A stretch of 64,000 nucleotides of DNA from Octopus vulgaris. Taxonomy: Eukaryota. The position numbers and the translations under genes are program-made. The stretch covers positions 36,828,001 through 36,892,000 of the forward strand of contig OX597829.1 in the NCBI GenBank assembly GCA_951406725.2, in the 5' to 3' direction. The notes under the pieces are model-generated. The model had not been told where the DNA came from. It was given only the letters and a program-made list of their open reading frames with translations, and did no database searches. Each line of letters starts with the position of its first letter. Within the stretch, counting starts at the first letter, position 1. Positions 62,855-64,000 of the stretch are shown here, piece after piece.

Positions 62855-63740
62855 CTCTACTACCCACTTTCAGGTTTTCCAAGCTTGTATCTAAGCTTAA
62901 CTGCTCTATCAACCTTATTATTCCACCAGCATATCAATTTCAGTTTGACTGGGGCTTTTCTCCAGCCACATATTTGATCTGTAACCCTAAGTATGTTATT
63001 TTGTAGAAATTCCCAGTTGCTACAGGTATCTATATTTTCTTCTCTAGTCAAAGCTTATTTGTAATTGCTGGGTCTTTTAGTTTCTAAATGTTTGTTCTCC
63101 ATGTCATTTTTCATTTTTGCCTGCCTAGCTCTGATTCTGAATTCACTAACCACTAATCTATGCTGTTAAGTGTATCCTTTGCTAGGAAAAGTTTTGGTAT
63201 TTACAATAATCCTTCTATCCCATTTCCTGGTGTGAATAAAATCTATTTGACTTGGGTACTTGCCAGATTGGTAAGCGATGAGGTGGTTGGCTGGTTTTTT
63301 AAAGTGTGCATTGCAAATCGTTAGATTAGTTATATTACAGACTTTCATGAACTTTACACCCTCCATTCATGAATCATGCCATGTATGTCCACAGAGGTCA
63401 CTATTGTGTTTGTCAACAAGTCCACTGAAGTCACCAACCACAGTAGTGAAGTTGCTGTCAATTGTCATTGAGGTAGTCTGCTGAAGGGTCTCATCAAAAC
63501 AATCCTTCTACCTGTGAGGCATATGAGAGATAAATGCTGCTATTGAGCTGCTTGTAACTAGTTTCATCTTAATTATCCTATTGCACAACCTAACAACTTT
63601 AATTACCTTCTCCGTCTATTTCTCAGTTAACAGCATGCCTACTCCACACTTATTGTCACCTATAACAGCTTGAATTGCTGTCTCTAACCAGTGAGGAGTT
63701 TGGTTGAAGATCCTTTCCATCTCACCCCTTCTGCACATTC
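62855..63740 (-). mobile_element. Decayed RTE LINE AP-endonuclease region
   Basis: VVGDFSG, NLTICNAHFKK..SQIDFI..HRLVV, WWNNKVDRAV. Confidence 0.75.
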
Positions 63741-64000
63741 ACTCATATCTTTTATCACATCTACATTGATGGTTGCAGCCCCAAAGATTTGAAACCTGCA
63801 GAAAGAGGGCAAAGGCTGTTTGAATGTTAGTTCATTACTGTTTGATGACATCTGAACTTTTGAGGGATACAAAAAGTTGTGCAACAGTTTGCCAGCAGTT
63901 GGTAGATTTACACATCTGACACCATTTATCTTCCCAATAATTTATTCATTCTTCAACACTCAATAAGCAGTAAGTATTCCTAATGCCATTAACATTATCA

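Overview
AT-rich, microsatellite- and transposon-dense animal genomic DNA. The repeat families and (GAT)n-tailed RTE LINEs suggest a coleoid cephalopod, probably Octopus (inference only). Two host genes are supported, both on +. One is the last coding exon of an MEA1-like gene (13609-13805). The other is a complete 5-exon LRRC47 orthologue (24797-46815; 1614 nt spliced CDS, 537 aa; LRR plus PheRS-beta B3/4-like domain) whose exons 2-4 are missing from the ORF track. The rest is mostly decayed mobile DNA: RTE, CR1-like and Dong/R4 LINEs, several Penelope-like elements (PLEs), mariner/Tc1, hAT/piggyBac/other MITEs, tRNA-derived SINEs and a Gypsy integrase relic. The most notable extras are a dispersed set of minimal hammerhead-ribozyme-like motifs next to PLE remnants, a Tc1-PLE chimeric ORF, a repeat supplying most of the 3' splice region of the last LRRC47 exon, several fold-backs in LRRC47 introns and promoter, a 54-bp mini-MITE with a 9-bp target-site duplication, and a PHD-type finger inside the RTE reverse transcriptase. 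I found no convincing wholly new biological system; the findings are unannotated instances or variants of known phenomena. Family assignments come from motif recognition, not database searches, and repeat boundaries are approximate unless terminal repeats are given.
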